Assembly: GCF_009914755.1 (NCBI RefSeq)
Contig: NC_060930.1
Length of the DNA: 64,000 bases
From: the human T2T-CHM13v2.0 reference genome, Homo sapiens
Strand: one strand, 5' to 3'
The notes beneath the pieces are model-generated. The model did no database searches. It was not told the DNA's origin and was given only the letters and a program-made list of their open reading frames with translations. The position numbers were made by a program, and so were the translations under genes. This document shows positions 1 through 14,623 of this stretch, one piece after another. Position 1 is the stretch's first letter; each line of letters starts with the position of its first letter.

Positions 1-336
1 TTAATATATATGATCAGTATGCAAAACAGGTGCTATTTCTAAAGCTGACTTGCAAAACTTTAAGAGTGACACCAAGCACTTCAAAATACAAACTGATCAT
101 CTAGGGGTATAGGGCAATGTGTTAATAAGGTACTGGAAGACTTTCTTCTCTAAACATATTAGTCTTTATTTCTGAAAGGCTTGTTTTCACCTACCTCATC
201 AGTCTTAAACTCAATAGAAAAAACAAAGAAATAAAATATGTCCATTCATTCAGGATGGTATATTAGAATCTATACTTGTGGTATTTAACTGTCTAATAGC
301 ATTATCAAGCTATCTGGCACTAAATTCAAAATGCAC

Positions 337-457
337 CTTCACGGATTGTTGTTCTAAATCTGTTATCTGGTTCAGAGACAAGAGCCAATTTGAAATGTCC
401 ATTTCAGTTGTCATTTGAAAACATCTTTTTCACAATGCTCTGAAGCTAATAGCGGTC
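337..457 (-). pseudogene. Pseudo-exon (TAISFRAL*KRCFQMTTEMDISNWLLSLNQITDLEQQSVK)
   Basis: cttattctcaaatactttcag acceptor and AAG|gtgcat donor; single TGA stop (possible CGA deamination). Confidence 0.4.
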
Positions 458-902
458 CTGAAAGTATTTGAGAATAAGAGGACACTTGACTTTTCTCAGG
501 GTATGAAAGTGCATGGCCTCTGGACCCATATTCTCATTTCGCTGGGTAAAAATAATGACTAATCAATATGAGGGGCTAGGTGACATCGTAGGTTAATTCA
601 CTAGGAGTTAGCATCTTGACCTGGGAGTTTACATAAACATCTTGTCTCAAAATGAGTCTAGTGCAGTGGATTGTTTGTGGTGGGTTGGTTTCCCGCTCTC
701 TCCCTGGTTTAAAACAATACATATTTTAAATAGTTTGATTCAAATCACATGATGATTGTTTCTCCTGAGGAAAATCCCAGCACTGGGTCAGCAGGTGGGT
801 TACAGATTAGTGATGGCTGGGACGTGCTGACAGCTGTGTGCGAGGGTTGCCCGGCATCTCCTCCACCTCCCTCCACATGGCCACTTGGGGCTTGTCAGTT
901 AC

Positions 903-950
903 TCCTGGCCATTGCTGCTGTAATTTAGCTAATTCACTCAAACCGTAGTT
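903..950 (-). pseudogene. Small pseudo-exon
   Basis: Strong acceptor ctgttttactgttctttcag and gtaact donor; reading frame ambiguous. Confidence 0.35.
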
Positions 951-1186
951 CTGAAAGAACAGTAAAACAGAGTCATCATCAACATGGAAGGTACATATAA
1001 TGCATAAGACCAGACACATCTACTTTTTTCAAAAAAGGTCTTACATTTTATAGTTCTAAGTGATTAGTTTTATACTGCTTTACAAAGTAAACTCAATGTG
1101 GAGGTCATAATGAATGAATCCCTAGATGTTTACCAAACCCCAAATTAAATTGCATTCTTAATTGTTTTGCAAATACATTGGCTTAC

Positions 1187-1325
1187 CTAATTAAATAGGA
1201 ATGACTCTATGTTGCTACAGAGGATAGAATATTGAAGCCTTTAGGACTCATTTCAAATTAGCTATTCTGCTTGATTAACAAATTTGGCCCATTCAGGTTT
1301 TTTGGTACTGTGAAATAATGTCATG
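1187..1325 (-). pseudogene. Pseudo-exon (HDIISQYQKT...)
   Basis: tttcttatag acceptor and consensus TAG|gtaagc donor; phase-0 start follows the previous exon. Confidence 0.45.
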
Positions 1326-1743
1326 CTATAAGAAACCACTGAAACAAATGTTTTTAATGCAAAACATTATTATTTTGGAGAGTTATAAATAAAATATATT
1401 TACTTAATTTATTTGAATAAAGAAATAAGATATGTTTACTGAATTTATTTGGAATTTCAAATTTTTCAACGTTTAAAATCACACTTTTTAATCTTATACA
1501 TTTTGAAGAAATAAGTAAACAGAAGTTTAAAAAAGCATAGTTACGGGGGCCTTGCTATGTGGCCCAGGTTGGTCTCAAAAGAAAGTTTTAAAATTACCTT
1601 TCTACATAGAAAAATAAGAAAAATTGATTCATTTATATCTAAGTACCATAATAGCAGTAATATCAACAGAAGCACACAAAAAGTTTATATTTTAAAATCT
1701 TGATAATCTTAAAGTTTTCTAAAATATTTGGACATACATATAA

Positions 1744-2160
<417 letters not shown>

Positions 2161-2265
2161 TTATATTGGAAAACATTTTGAAAAAGAGTGGCACAAAATA
2201 GGACTTACGAATTTTTTTCATCTAACTTATTTTTTTACCAGTTTTTTTAACTCCATGAGACCTAC

Positions 2266-2622
2266 CCTCTACTTTTGAAAACTAATATTGATGGCACTGT
2301 TTACATCTCATGAAAGGAGTTCCAGAGGTATCTTTGTTTTTAACAAAAATGTTTACAATTCCAAAATTCCTCAGAAGAGGCATGAAAAACAATTTCTCTT
2401 TTTGTAGATATAATCTATTTTTCTTGTTATTCTCGTCGCATGAACACTTATGAGAGAAGGTTCTTTAACTGCAGTGATTGCCAGCAGACCATTTGCTTGA
2501 AAATATTTTTTCCCTCCGAGGTTTATCATGAACTCTCTGGATGGCCTGATAGTGGTGTCACTAGGGTTTGGGGATCTGTTAGTTATCAAGTTACGGGATG
2601 AAGGCAGCTGGTGTCTGTGCCA
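2266..2622 (-). pseudogene. Pseudo-exon (WHRHQLPSSR...REIVFHASSEEFWNCKHF/LLKTKIPLELLS*DVNSAINISFQK*R)
   Basis: ctcctctttgcaag acceptor and AGG|gtaggt donor; 357 nt, phase 0 to 0; about 80 open codons, then RGS helix 3-4-like text. Confidence 0.55.
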
Positions 2623-2641
2623 CTTGCAAAGAGGAGTATAA

Positions 2642-2948
<307 letters not shown>

Positions 2949-2993
2949 TAATAATTTCATTAAGGGAAAAATATCTTAAAGAAATCAGAAATA

Positions 2994-3311
2994 GGCCAGA
3001 CGCAGTGGCTCATGCCCGTAATCCCAGCACTTTGGGAGGCCGAGGTGGGCATGAGGTCAGGAGTTCCAGATCAGTCTGGCCAACATAGTGAAACCCCGTC
3101 TCTACTAAAAATACAAAAAATTAGCTGGGTGTAGTGGTGTGCACCTGTAATCCTACCTACTTAGGAGGCTGAGGCAGGAGAATTGCGTGAACCCGGGAGG
3201 CGGAGGTTTTGGTGAGCCGGGATCGTGCCGTTGCACTCCAGCCTGGGTAACAGTGTGAGACTCCTTCTCAAACAACAAAACAAAACAAATCAAATCAAAA
3301 CAAAACAAAAC
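2994..3311 (+). mobile_element. Alu (AluS)
   Basis: ggccagacgcagtggctca... with (CAAAA)n tail; TSD aagaaatcagaaa. Confidence 0.95.
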
Positions 3312-3369
3312 AAGAAATCAGAAACAAATTTGCCTCTGTATTCCAGGCACAAGTATTTCCACTTTGAAC

Positions 3370-3670
3370 TTTTTTTTTTTTTTTTTTTTTAGCAAGAGTC
3401 TTGCTTTGTTGTCCAGGCTGAAGTGTAATGGCAAAATCTTGGCTCACTGCAACCTCCGTCCTCTGGGTTCAAGCAATTCTCCTGCCTAAGCCTCCCGAGT
3501 AGCTGGGATTACAGGCATGAGCTACCATGCCTGGCTAATTTTTGTATTTGTAGTAGAGATGGGGTTTCGTCATGTTGGCCAGGCTGGTCTCGAACTCCTG
3601 ACCTAGGTGATCCACTCACCTCGGCCTCCCAAAGTGCTAGGATTACAGGCGTGAGCCACCTTGCCTGGAC
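3370..3670 (-). mobile_element. Alu (AluS)
   Basis: Alu consensus; TSD tccactttgaact. Confidence 0.95.
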
Positions 3671-4084
3671 TCCACTTTGAACTTTTATGATCATTTTCTA
3701 AGAATGAGGTTTCTGGAGGAAAAGCTATAGCTTTTTTCATATTTCAATTATGAGGCTCATTGAATTTTTCCCCCAATGGGCACCAATTCCTAGGAATTTG
3801 AAGGACTAGAAAAAATTGGAGATATTTTGTTATGCTTTATTCTCACTCTAAATAATTTTTAAATTTTTACAATATTCATTAAAAACAAAAATACCATAGG
3901 AAACCTCCTTATGATAATAACATGCCCTGGGAGGAATCACTATAGGAAAGTTTCTTTTTACTGCTATGGGGAATATTTCAATTGCCAGTATTCCTCCAAG
4001 GGATAATTAGGTATGTGTTTGGCAGAAGAGCAACAACAAACAAACAAACAAACATATACTCAAGCAAAAAAAACCTAAATGGCT

Positions 4085-4386
<302 letters not shown>

Positions 4387-4570
4387 AAGATGTTCTTGAA
4401 GAAAGGGTTAATGTGGAAAGGGGAGGTGGAGAAATTAGGTTGTATTCCTTAGAGGGAAAAGAGGAAAAAAAAATCAAAACCTCTGGAGCAGCTTGCCTGA
4501 ACAGGGACTTAATAGAAATTTCTGATAAGGTGTTTGAGTTGTTTGCAGAAATTATTGAGAATTAATGCAC

Positions 4571-4673
4571 CTTGTTCCTCCCCTACATATCTTCAATAAA
4601 GGCTGCGTTGCTTATTAACATTAGAGTGAATACCCTCTTTTGGGTGAGATCAAATACGTATTGAGTTCTGCAT
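4571..4673 (-). pseudogene. Pseudo-exon, RGS C-terminal helices (CRTQYVFDLTQKRVFTLMLISNAAFIEDM*GRNK)
   Basis: ttttcatccacatccag acceptor and AAG|gtgcat donor; uninterrupted YVFDLTQKRVFTLM fits the RGS FD.AQ..V..LM consensus and aligns without gaps to RGS22 YVFREAQMTIFGVLFKFWPQFCE (from memory). Confidence 0.65.
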
Positions 4674-5255
4674 CTGGATGTGGATGAAAACAGCAGATAC
4701 AGAAACTGACCTTGGGGTCACAGTGAAATTCACCCTTTTCATAGTGGCAGAACATTTCTAATTTAAGGTGGAAGGCTTCTTTGAGAAAGTGACTTATAAA
4801 AATGACCTTGAAGTATCTTTTTCTTCATGTATAGAATTACATAACAGAGCTAGTTTCTAAATATAGATAGGCATTAAATGGCAAAGATGAGTGTCCATCT
4901 ATATAGAATTCAAGTCCTAAAACCTGGAAGGTTATTTACATCCCAACTGGCTCCATGACAGTGGGCTATGAATAGCTAGGACCCTCAATTTTGATAGGTT
5001 TGCAGTTAATTTGAAATATGATAGTTTTAGAGGAGCTGCATAAAAATAGATCCAGGGCTTGCCTTGGCTCTAAGACCTCATGGAAGGCCAATCTTAGCTT
5101 TATTATGTGCAAAATAAGAAATGTGGGTAAATGACCTCTAGGGTCCCATCCAAGTCTAATATGATGAGTTTATCATTAGAAAATGTTACTCCTTAAGTGG
5201 CTATAAATGTTGCTATGATCTTTCTCAAGGCCTTAGTTTTTCAAATGGCCTGTAC

Positions 5256-5373
5256 CTTCTGGAAATACTACCATAAATCTATAGGTAACCCTTAGTTTTA
5301 AAATTATCCTCTAGCCACAGTATGGTACTTCTGGAGTCTTCGTATGCTCTCTTTTCAATGGGATTGGTTTTCA
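5256..5373 (-). pseudogene. Pseudo-exon, 118 nt
   Basis: tgttttag acceptor and AAG|gtacag donor; phase-2 end matches the start of the 4571-4673 exon; one stop in the best frame. Confidence 0.4.
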
Positions 5374-5659
5374 CTAAAACATTTTATAAATAATGGAAAT
5401 ATAAAATCGAAATAATTAAAAAATGTAATAATAGTTATAAAGTGCTGAGCTACAAAGGCAATTATACTGACAACAAACCAGTTATGATAATGATGATAAT
5501 AGTAACAAACCAAATCATAACAAATCTTTATACTCAAAGCACTCCTCCATTCGTGATAAAGAGCTCCATTAATTATGGCTATTTGAAACGTGATTAAACA
5601 ATTGATATGTTTCTTAATTTTTCTGGTACATAAAACCTGTCTGTTGATTAATAAGTGGA

Positions 5660-6400
5660 TTCATTCATTCCTTTAATAAGGGAATATAATGGTAAAAAAA
5701 AGTCAGACTTTGTCTTCATCTTCATAAAGTTTAGTCTAATAGAAGGTCAGAAATTTATGAAATAAATACCTATATGAAAGTGGAATTGCCACTGTGATGT
5801 TAGAAGCATCTGATCCTTCAAGGAGGATAGGGAGAAGGTTTCCCTGAGAAAGTGACATCTCTATTGTCATCTTAAGAAAGAGTAAGAGTCAATAAGTGAC
5901 CTCGGCTCACTGCAACCTCTGCCTCCTGGGTTCAAGCGGTTCTTCTGCCTCAGCCTCCCGGGTAGCTGAGTAGTAGGTAGGTGTGCACCACGACACCCAG
6001 CTAATTTTTGTATTTTTAGTAGAGATGGGGTTTTACCATGTTGGCCAGGATGGTCTCGATCTCCTGACCTCGTGATCCACCCGCCTTGGCCTCCCAAAGT
6101 GCTGTGATTACAGGCGTGAGCCTCTGCACCCAGCTGTCACTGAAGTTTTTAAGCAAGCTGTTTTAGTTGTTAGCAGGGAGGTGGTGGTGGGGCTGACATT
6201 ATATTATCATAGTTAAAATTTAGAAAGATGACACAGGCTACAGTTTGGAAAACAAATGGGAGGGGCGCCAGTTTGGATGTGGTTAGATCAGATAAAAGAT
6301 GATTGCAAAACTCCAGGAGAAAGTTCATAGCAACTGACTAGAAAGGTAACGGTGGAAGTGAAAAGAAGTGGCTGGGTTTCCAGGGCTGAAAGAGTGATCA
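5660..6400 (-). mobile_element. L2 fragment interrupted by a truncated Alu (5898-6134)
   Basis: ttcattcattc L2 tail and tttagaaagatgacacaggct...ccagg L2 text; the Alu lacks its poly-A end. Confidence 0.7.
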
Positions 6401-6783
6401 GATTTTTTCAGCAAATGCCTGTCCAGATTTAGGTATATTTCATGAAGGCAACTATAGCAACTCCTATACTTCAGTAGAATATTCCCTTTTTCCCATGTTG
6501 GAACTCCAGATAGCATAAGAAATAGCCGAAGTTTTCTATAGCTGTCCTTATTTTTGCTTTCTTCATATTGGCTTCCGGAAATGGGGAGTTTAAAACCAAT
6601 TGACTTTGGGTGGGCATAGATTTATCTGGATTATTTAGAAGCTGCCTGGCAAAGCAGGACCTCACTCTCTGGAGGATACTTTTTGGCTCCTTCCTTTTTC
6701 GGAGATCTCTTCTCCATTTTATCACTACTGCCGAGGTTGGGCTTAGGCTGTGGGCTCTTTATAATGTCAAATGTTGACATGTA
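6400..6783 (-). pseudogene. Pseudo-exon (YMSTFDIIKSPQPKPNLGSSDKMEKRSPKKEGAKKY.../..IENFGYFLCYLEFQHG)
   Basis: ttttccattacctccag acceptor; long overlapping open frames; 3' end runs into an L2. Confidence 0.45.
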
Positions 6784-6985
6784 CTGGAGGTAATGGAAAA
6801 CCTTGAAGACAATTCTCCCACCGCAAAAAACCAAAGCTAAAGAAAACATTTGTCTACAATCTTTCTATTCCATCTTCTTGCCAGGAATGTTTTCCCTGGG
6901 CAGAGGCTCCTAGTGTAGTGCCTTCTATCTATATCTGATAATACGACTGTATATTACCCAAAATTCTATGAAGTAGGAAGAAGTG

Positions 6986-6987
6986 TA

Positions 6988-7030
<43 letters not shown>
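6986..7030. repeat. (TG)n microsatellite
   Basis: About 20 TG units. Confidence 0.95.
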
Positions 7031-7034
<4 letters not shown>

Positions 7035-7812
7035 TTCTGTGTGTTTTTTTGTTTGTTTGTTTTGCAAAGCTTTCTTCTGTTTAAACTGTTCTCCTTAGGG
7101 AGAACAATTTCCCCCCACTGCAAAAAATACCTTAATTGTACTATGAATAGTGGGCTAAAGGTCCTGGTGTCAGTGTAGATGGGGGAGCATGAAAAAGAGA
7201 CTCAGAGTTCTCTAATACAACAGGAATTTAGAGCTTCTCTGCTGGTAGCTCTGGAAAAGAGAGGAGAAGAAGAAAGTCTAAGGAGAGTTGGAAAGAAGGG
7301 GTCCCAACAACCTGGCTGCAGTCTAGAATGTAAATTTATATAGTTGGTGAGAAATTTCTATTCACTGAGGGGAGACAAGTTTCAGGGAAAAGAAACATCT
7401 GGATTTAAAGCCATGCAGATGTTTCAGCTCTGTGCTGTAATTATTCCCATTATGCCCCCAACTTTCAGTAAAGTGCCCATGCCAGGGAGAATCAGACCAG
7501 AAAGGAAACAGCAGCTTTGTCAAGAAGAGATGAGAAGCAGTGAACAGGCAATTGAGTTGAGAGCAGAAATTTTAATGGGCAGTGATGGAAAACACGAGTG
7601 CAGCCCTCATCCCATGCCTTAGAAATCCTGACATGTTAAAGAGGGCACCGGGATTTATGCAGCACCAGGAATGGGGCTCGGGTCACTTTTCTTGGATATT
7701 GAACCGTTACACCAGAAGGCTGGAGAATTGGAGGCTACCTTGGTTGTAATCGGCTTAGGGCTGTTTCTAGGTGTAGAATCAGCAAGGTAATGTGCCCTGG
7801 GCCCCAAATTAC

Positions 7813-8008
7813 CTTGGATTAGACGGATGGTCAGTGGCTTACAAGGCATTGGATACAGACATGAAACCCGGGACTCATGAACTTGGGTATATATATTTGG
7901 TCATTAAATTGATTCTTTCCCCAACCCGGTTACTATGAACTTCTACAAAGTCCCTAAAGATTGCTTATCACTCTTCTCTGCTTTTGTTATTAGAGGAGGT
8001 TGTGATTT
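7813..8008 (-). pseudogene. Pseudo-exon (ITTSSNNKSREE**AIFRDFVEV...)
   Basis: Long pyrimidine tract ending ttaa (AG apparently mutated); CAAG|gtaatt donor; RGS helix-5-like. Confidence 0.4.
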
Positions 8009-8111
8009 TTAAGACAAAGTAAAAAAATGAGTTGATGACAACACTCAAATAACATTGAGTACCCTCTCTGCTAGGTGTATGCACACATGAATTTAAAAGT
8101 TATTGCAGTAA

Positions 8112-8708
<597 letters not shown>

Positions 8709-8776
8709 TTGCAATAACTTTTTAATAGAGTTAGTATTATCTTCATTTTGCATATTTAAAAAAATGAGATGTACCC

Positions 8777-9019
8777 GTGTTCTCACTCATAGATGGAAAC
8801 TGAACAATGAGAACACCTGGACACAGGGTGGGGAACATCACACACCGGAGCCTGTCGTGGGGTGGGGAGAAGGGGGAGGGATAGCATTAGGAGAAATACC
8901 TAATGTAAATGACGAGTTAATGGGTGCAGCACACCAACATGGCACATGTATACATATGTAACAAACCTGCACGTTATGCACATGTACCCTAGAACTTAAA
9001 AGTATAATTAAAAAGAAAA
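8777..9019 (+). mobile_element. L1PA 3' end, 5'-truncated
   Basis: gttctcactcatag...gggagggatagcattaggag...cacatgtaccctagaacttaaaagtataat; TSD aaaatgag(a/g)tgta. Confidence 0.93.
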
Positions 9020-9136
9020 ATGAGGTGTAGAGAAGCTGTGATTTCCTCAAGGTGACACTGCTTGTGTGTTCTTGAACTCAAGACTTTTGATTCCAATCCA
9101 GTGTTCTTTTTATTATGCTAATTTCCGTAAATTTAC

Positions 9137-9213
9137 TGTCATTCAAAAGCACTGGAGAGAAGAGTTTTGTTCACTGTGATTTTCCCCAACTGCCAAACCC
9201 CACTGCATAAGCC
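9137..9213 (-). pseudogene. Pseudo-exon (AYAVGFGS/ENHSEQN/LLSSAFE, frameshifted)
   Basis: ttttctacccag acceptor and gtaaat donor; ENHSEQN resembles RGS SEYSEEN; needs two frameshifts. Confidence 0.45.
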
Positions 9214-9972
9214 CTGGGTAGAAAATGTCTTAGGGGTCTGTTTTGATTGCATTGCTGTATTTTATTCTAATTGTTTTACAGCCATAGAGTAACGAACGTT
9301 GAGATACAAAACCATGAGTAAGTTGGAATTCTTTAATTGGGAATCTATTTTCATGTTCCGTTAATTTTTCTTTAGTAGGTAAATAATACACTATTTTGGA
9401 GAACTGCAAGAACATTCTCATCATAAGTAGTACTTAGGATTTACTAGAGTTTAGGGGAATGGCTTTTCAATCTGGCAATTGTTTTTTATGTATTTTCACT
9501 TCCTGTTGCTCCAGGAACTCAAGTGAAATACTGTTTTTTCCTTTGGTAAATTATTTCAGATCTTGACATTGATAAGACACCACATATATGCAAGTTTTCA
9601 CTTATTTAACATATTAATTCCAGAGAAACAAGAACAAAGCTGTTTGAGATTTCATTGCAACTTGGTCTTATTCCTAGCTTTATGGGCTAGTGAATGACCT
9701 GAAAAATCACTGCCTCCAGCCCCTGCCTCTAGTGTGTGTGATGTTTAAACAATTCAAAAAGAGCATTTCTGCTATTCTTCAAATTTCACAATTTACCTTG
9801 GTAACCTAAATCTCTGTAAGGCCATACGCTCCACCTCAAAATATATTCTTCCATTTAACTTAAATCTGTCTTTTCCATTCCCATCTGGTAACTTCAGTCT
9901 AGAACTCTGTGTTCTGTTCCCAGTAGGGACAAGGCTCACATGGTCAGCCACCTCTGTGTAAAAATGACTCAC

Positions 9973-10140
9973 AGATTCAATACATGTTCTAGGTCAGCTC
10001 TCAACTAGACCAAATCATGTCATTTTTAAAGCCTTTTGTTATCTGGGTCCAGTGTTCCATTCTTGAAGCCACTTTAATGATCTCTTTTAGAATTTTGTCA
10101 TTTACTCATTCTTCCTTATACAGTGGAGTCAAGATTATGC
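9973..10140 (-). pseudogene. Pseudo-exon (IILTPLYKEE*VNDKILKEIIKVASRMEHWTQITKGF..[frameshift]..LRADLEHVLN)
   Basis: catgcag acceptor and TCT|gtgagt donor; DLEHVLN resembles RGS helix 2 (SLENLIN); phase-compatible with an upstream 10806-10870 segment ending AGG|gtatga. Confidence 0.5.
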
Positions 10141-10169
10141 CTGCATGTGAGTGGGTCTGAATACTCTTA

Positions 10170-10278
10170 GGTCTCGCTTTGTTGCCTAGGCTGGCTTCGA
10201 ATTCCTGGGCTCAAGTGATCCTCCTGTCTCAGCCTCCAAAGTAGCTGGGACTACAGGTACATGCCACTGCACTCAGAT
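10170..10278 (-). mobile_element. FLAM / Alu monomer
   Basis: ggtctcgctttgttgcctaggctgg...tcctgggctcaagtgatcctcc. Confidence 0.8.
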
Positions 10279-11069
10279 TTTTAAGACTTCATTTGGAAAT
10301 TACCACATCCAGTGTTTTAGTTACTGCCATTTTTTCTGGTAATGTAAAAAGGGAAGAAGCTGCTAACAAGGTCCATAAAGTGTTCATTTTTATTATTTAA
10401 AAATATTTAGTATTAAGTGCCTACTAAGTGACACTGTTAAGTCTCAGGCACTGTTCTAGAGATTTGGGATACATAAATGAACAAAACAAGAATCTCTGCT
10501 TTCTTAGAGCTTACATGACAGGTGTCACGTATCATACTCATCATGTACCACATGTATTTATGGTCCCTGTCAACATGCAGTTATGGCCTGTAATATATCT
10601 GGAGCATTTACACACCTGGGAAGGTTCTTATCCTCACATCCTCATAAGCTGGGGTAGTCAGACAATGGAAAGTGTGGGCTCCTGGCTCAACAGAAAACCA
10701 TACTAGGAATATATGCTCAAATAAAACATTGCATATTTGGTGGCTACCTGTTTTGTGATACTTTTTGTGTTTAGCAGGCCTTCAGTGGTATATGTAATAT
10801 CATACCCTCTTTATGTGACATTGTAGAAAATGTGTTTTGCATCTCAAATAATTGAGTTACAATTAAACATTTGGAACACATACATTGAAAATTGTGCACT
10901 GTATATGTACATCTACACAATGTATGAGTGTGTTTACTCAAGTGTAAACATGTAGTCACAGAAATATAGCAAAAGCAAGATAGAAGCTATTTATTAAACA
11001 CATACTTATTGTGTACCTATTCTCTATAAACTTGGTGGTGGAGTCTTTCTCTTAGTGATAGAAATGAGA

Positions 11070-11288
11070 AATGCATAGTAGTTGGGTTGAAGAGTTTGTT
11101 TCAAAATCTGACTTTGATGTTTAGGATACAACTTGCTAGTTGTATAATCTTGAGGAAGTCATTTAACCTTTTGAGCTAATTTCCTTATGTGGAAATTTGG
11201 ATACTAGCCTCTAAGTTATAGTACCTACCATTGTTAGGATGAAATAAGATGATATTTATGAATGGCACTGAGCTCTTAATAAAGGCTG
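11070..11288 (+). mobile_element. MIR
   Basis: ttgaggaagtcatttaaccttttgagc...ttgttaggatgaaataagat core. Confidence 0.65.
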
Positions 11289-11289
11289 T

Positions 11290-11351
11290 TTTTAAAAAGT
11301 AGAAACAGATCCTTCCTTAAATGAAGAATAAAACACATGCATCTATTACTC
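11290..11351 (-). pseudogene. Pseudo-exon remnant (VIDACVLFFI*GRICFYFLK) abutting a MIR
   Basis: Very strong acceptor ctcttttctgtctcttacag; no donor seen before the MIR. Confidence 0.35.
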
Positions 11352-11498
11352 CTGTAAGAGACAGAAAGAGACACAGATAAATGGATGCTGGCTGATTATC
11401 AGGATGTGTGATGGACCAGGAGTGATGAAATTTGCTGGAGGAACAGACATTTGAGCAGAGTGGCATTTTTACATGAGAAGATGGATAAGGTTAGTCTA

Positions 11499-11825
<327 letters not shown>

Positions 11826-13177
11826 TCAGTAAAGTGAGCTCTCATGTAGCACATACAGGGAAGTTTAAATAGTTTAGCCACCCTTGTGTACCCATCCTTT
11901 ATGTTGAGAATATTATCTATGTCTTCTCAGTGTATGCTATGTGATTTAAGATACTAACTTTTGATCTGAGACTGCAGTCAGTTCACCCAATGACCAGACT
12001 CCAAAAGGAGGTGATTTTTGAACATTTAAATTCAGAAGAATTACCTGATTTCTAACTGTCAGTATCACATCTTTGCTCTTCACACTAATGGCATAATTTA
12101 ACATACACATAACAATTAGTTTAAAAATGAAAAGTATTCCAAAATATTCATCAGAATGATAGACAGTCAACAATAATCCAACTTCTTAATGGTCTTAAGA
12201 GTTTGTAAAATATGCAATAAATTTACATGGTAACCTTATGGGCTAATTCCAGGCCCAGTTCATCTTAGATACATGGAGTCCTCTTCTGCTTTCTTCTCCA
12301 GCCTCCTATGCCATGATCCCCACCTTCCCCTTCAACACACACACACAGACACAGACACACACACACCTCACTGGCCTCCAGCCACTCAAAGCTAGTCGGG
12401 GCTCCTGGGACTCATCTGACTTGTTCATGCTTCCATGGCTTTGCAAAGATTTCCTCTCTGCCTGGAATACCAGTCCACTCTCCCCTCTGCTAGCTTAAGG
12501 CACCAGCTTCTCTTTCCTGATCAGCTCAAATGCCCTGATGCTTACAATGAAAATAGTTCTTTATTCTACCTCTGTACCCTAGTTTCAGCACTTGTCACCA
12601 AATACTGTCATTAAATTTGTTTCTGACCATCTTCCCTGTTATGTTATGAGATCCCTCAGGGAAAGGCTTATGTTTTAGAAAATTCTTACATAGCCTAGAC
12701 TTATATAGTAGACATTTAGAAAATATTTATTAATTGAATAAATAAATGAAAAAGATTGAAATGATATGGGACCTGACATTTCTACACCCAGAGTAATTGA
12801 ATTCAGTTAAGCACACACTATGGGATAAACCAACCAACGGGGAGAAACTAGGAGTGAGGATGAGGAGAAAAATGGGACAGTTCTGATTTGTCTTTTCCAG
12901 GCTATTTTGGAGAAAAATTATCCAACTCCTGAAAGAGTGAGTCTCGAATTGTGGCTGTATATTGGATTCACTTGGGGAGTTTATAAACATCCTTTATAAA
13001 CAGGATGCCTTGGTCTCAGTTGTAGAGACTTTGATTTAATTGGTGTTCACTGTGGGCTGAGTGTTAGCTTCCCAGGTGATTCTCATGAACAGACAAAATA
13101 GTCTCACAGTCCTCATCACAGATTTTTCTTAGTACTTCTCTGAGAATGAAAGTAATGTGGGTAGCAACACTGTGGCA

Positions 13178-13198
13178 TAGAGAGAGAGAGAGAGAGAG

Positions 13199-13237
<39 letters not shown>
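13178..13237. repeat. Compound (AG)n(TG)n microsatellite
   Basis: Read directly from the sequence. Confidence 0.95.
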
Positions 13238-13246
<9 letters not shown>

Positions 13247-13604
13247 TGCAATTCCTAATCCTAGGTCAAGGAAGTGGATTAGTGGTATACAGGTTATAAA
13301 GGTGCTTTTGAATTTATTAATATTTTAAAATTTCAAAGTGCAAATCTAAAATAAATAAGAACGATGTTTATTAAGTACATTTATAAGTAGCCCACCCAAA
13401 GAAGTCATTTTAAAGTCAAATTCTCCTGTCAGTGAGTTTTCAAAGTCATTTAGCTTTTGCTTGAAAGTTGATTCATTTTTAAGCTTCTAATTTTGGGCTA
13501 AATAAACACACAAGTAGATTATCTAGATAATTGAAGCCAAACCTATTTTAGACTCTAATTATCCCCACTACTTCAGGTGAAAGTGAGCCTTTACTTTGAA
13601 TTAC

Positions 13605-13778
13605 TTAGCTAATTGAGGACAAAGCACAGTTTTGGTCTGCTTTCTCTGGATAATTGACAAGTATCATTGCAGCTTTAATGTCTTCATTTTCTGGAGGAAC
13701 CTGTAGGTGACACATTGTTGTGATGGGAATGTCAGCTTATAGCTAGCTAGTACTAATGCTTCATGATCTGGAGTTTTT
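13605..13778 (-). pseudogene. Pseudo-exon, RGS C-terminal helices (KTPDHEALVLASYKLTFPSQQCVTYRFLQKMK)
   Basis: ttcccttcttatatttcag acceptor and TAA|gtaatt donor; ungapped 28-aa alignment to RGS4 [28 protein letters not shown] (P, A, K and RFL identical; from memory). Confidence 0.6.
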
Positions 13779-14623
13779 CTGAAATATAAGAAGGGAATTT
13801 ATACAATTAAATCGTGAAAAGTTGCTTTTAAACAAGAACATTGGTTGCATGATCCTATATTCCAATCCTTGATCCAGTTGAATACTTTGGGCCTCATCCA
13901 AGATTGCCCAGAACCAATGATGGGCTCTGATTCTCTTCCCCTCCACCAAAGCCTGAAATCTCTTGGCATCAAGACTAGGTTTAAACTGAATCAAAGGCTG
14001 GGGACTGAGATGCCCCGACAGGACAGAATTATTTTTATTTCTATTGTTGTGTCAATGTGGAATGTATGAGAACATTTTTTTTCTTTATTTAAACTTTTCA
14101 CATGGTAGGAAAAGTCTGTTGGAGCAACAGTCCTCATTTCAAAGGTCATTAGTGTGCAGAGTATTTTCTTTCTTTACTGTACTCTCCACAAAAGGGACAA
14201 AAAGCCATGAGAACTTGTTGTATGTTCTGCTATCCTTAGAATGCAGTAGAGAGTAGACCCATCTTGGACCCTGTCTATGATAAAAATATTTGGAGATCCT
14301 TATTATTATAATTGTAAGGTTCTGAGGAGTATGGCAATCTTTGAGTGGAAACAAATACAAAAGAGAAGTAGATATTTGTGGGAACAATTCACATCATAGC
14401 ACAAACTGCTAAATATATTCTTAGAACTGATGATACTTTAATAAAAGTCTAGTAATACCATCTGAAACTGTATTTTTAAATATTATTTTATTTAAATACA
14501 CTTCCATATGTCTTCTCTAAATTCAGTATAAAAATAGGAACTGATGTAGGTTGTTTGCTCTTGTGTAGTTATCTTCAAAATTAGCTATTTTTTATCCCCA
14601 TTTACTAAAAAATAATGACTCAC

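Noticed and set aside
745-770. atgatga...ctga C/D-box-like pair
   Set aside because: Far too short for a snoRNA and no terminal stem
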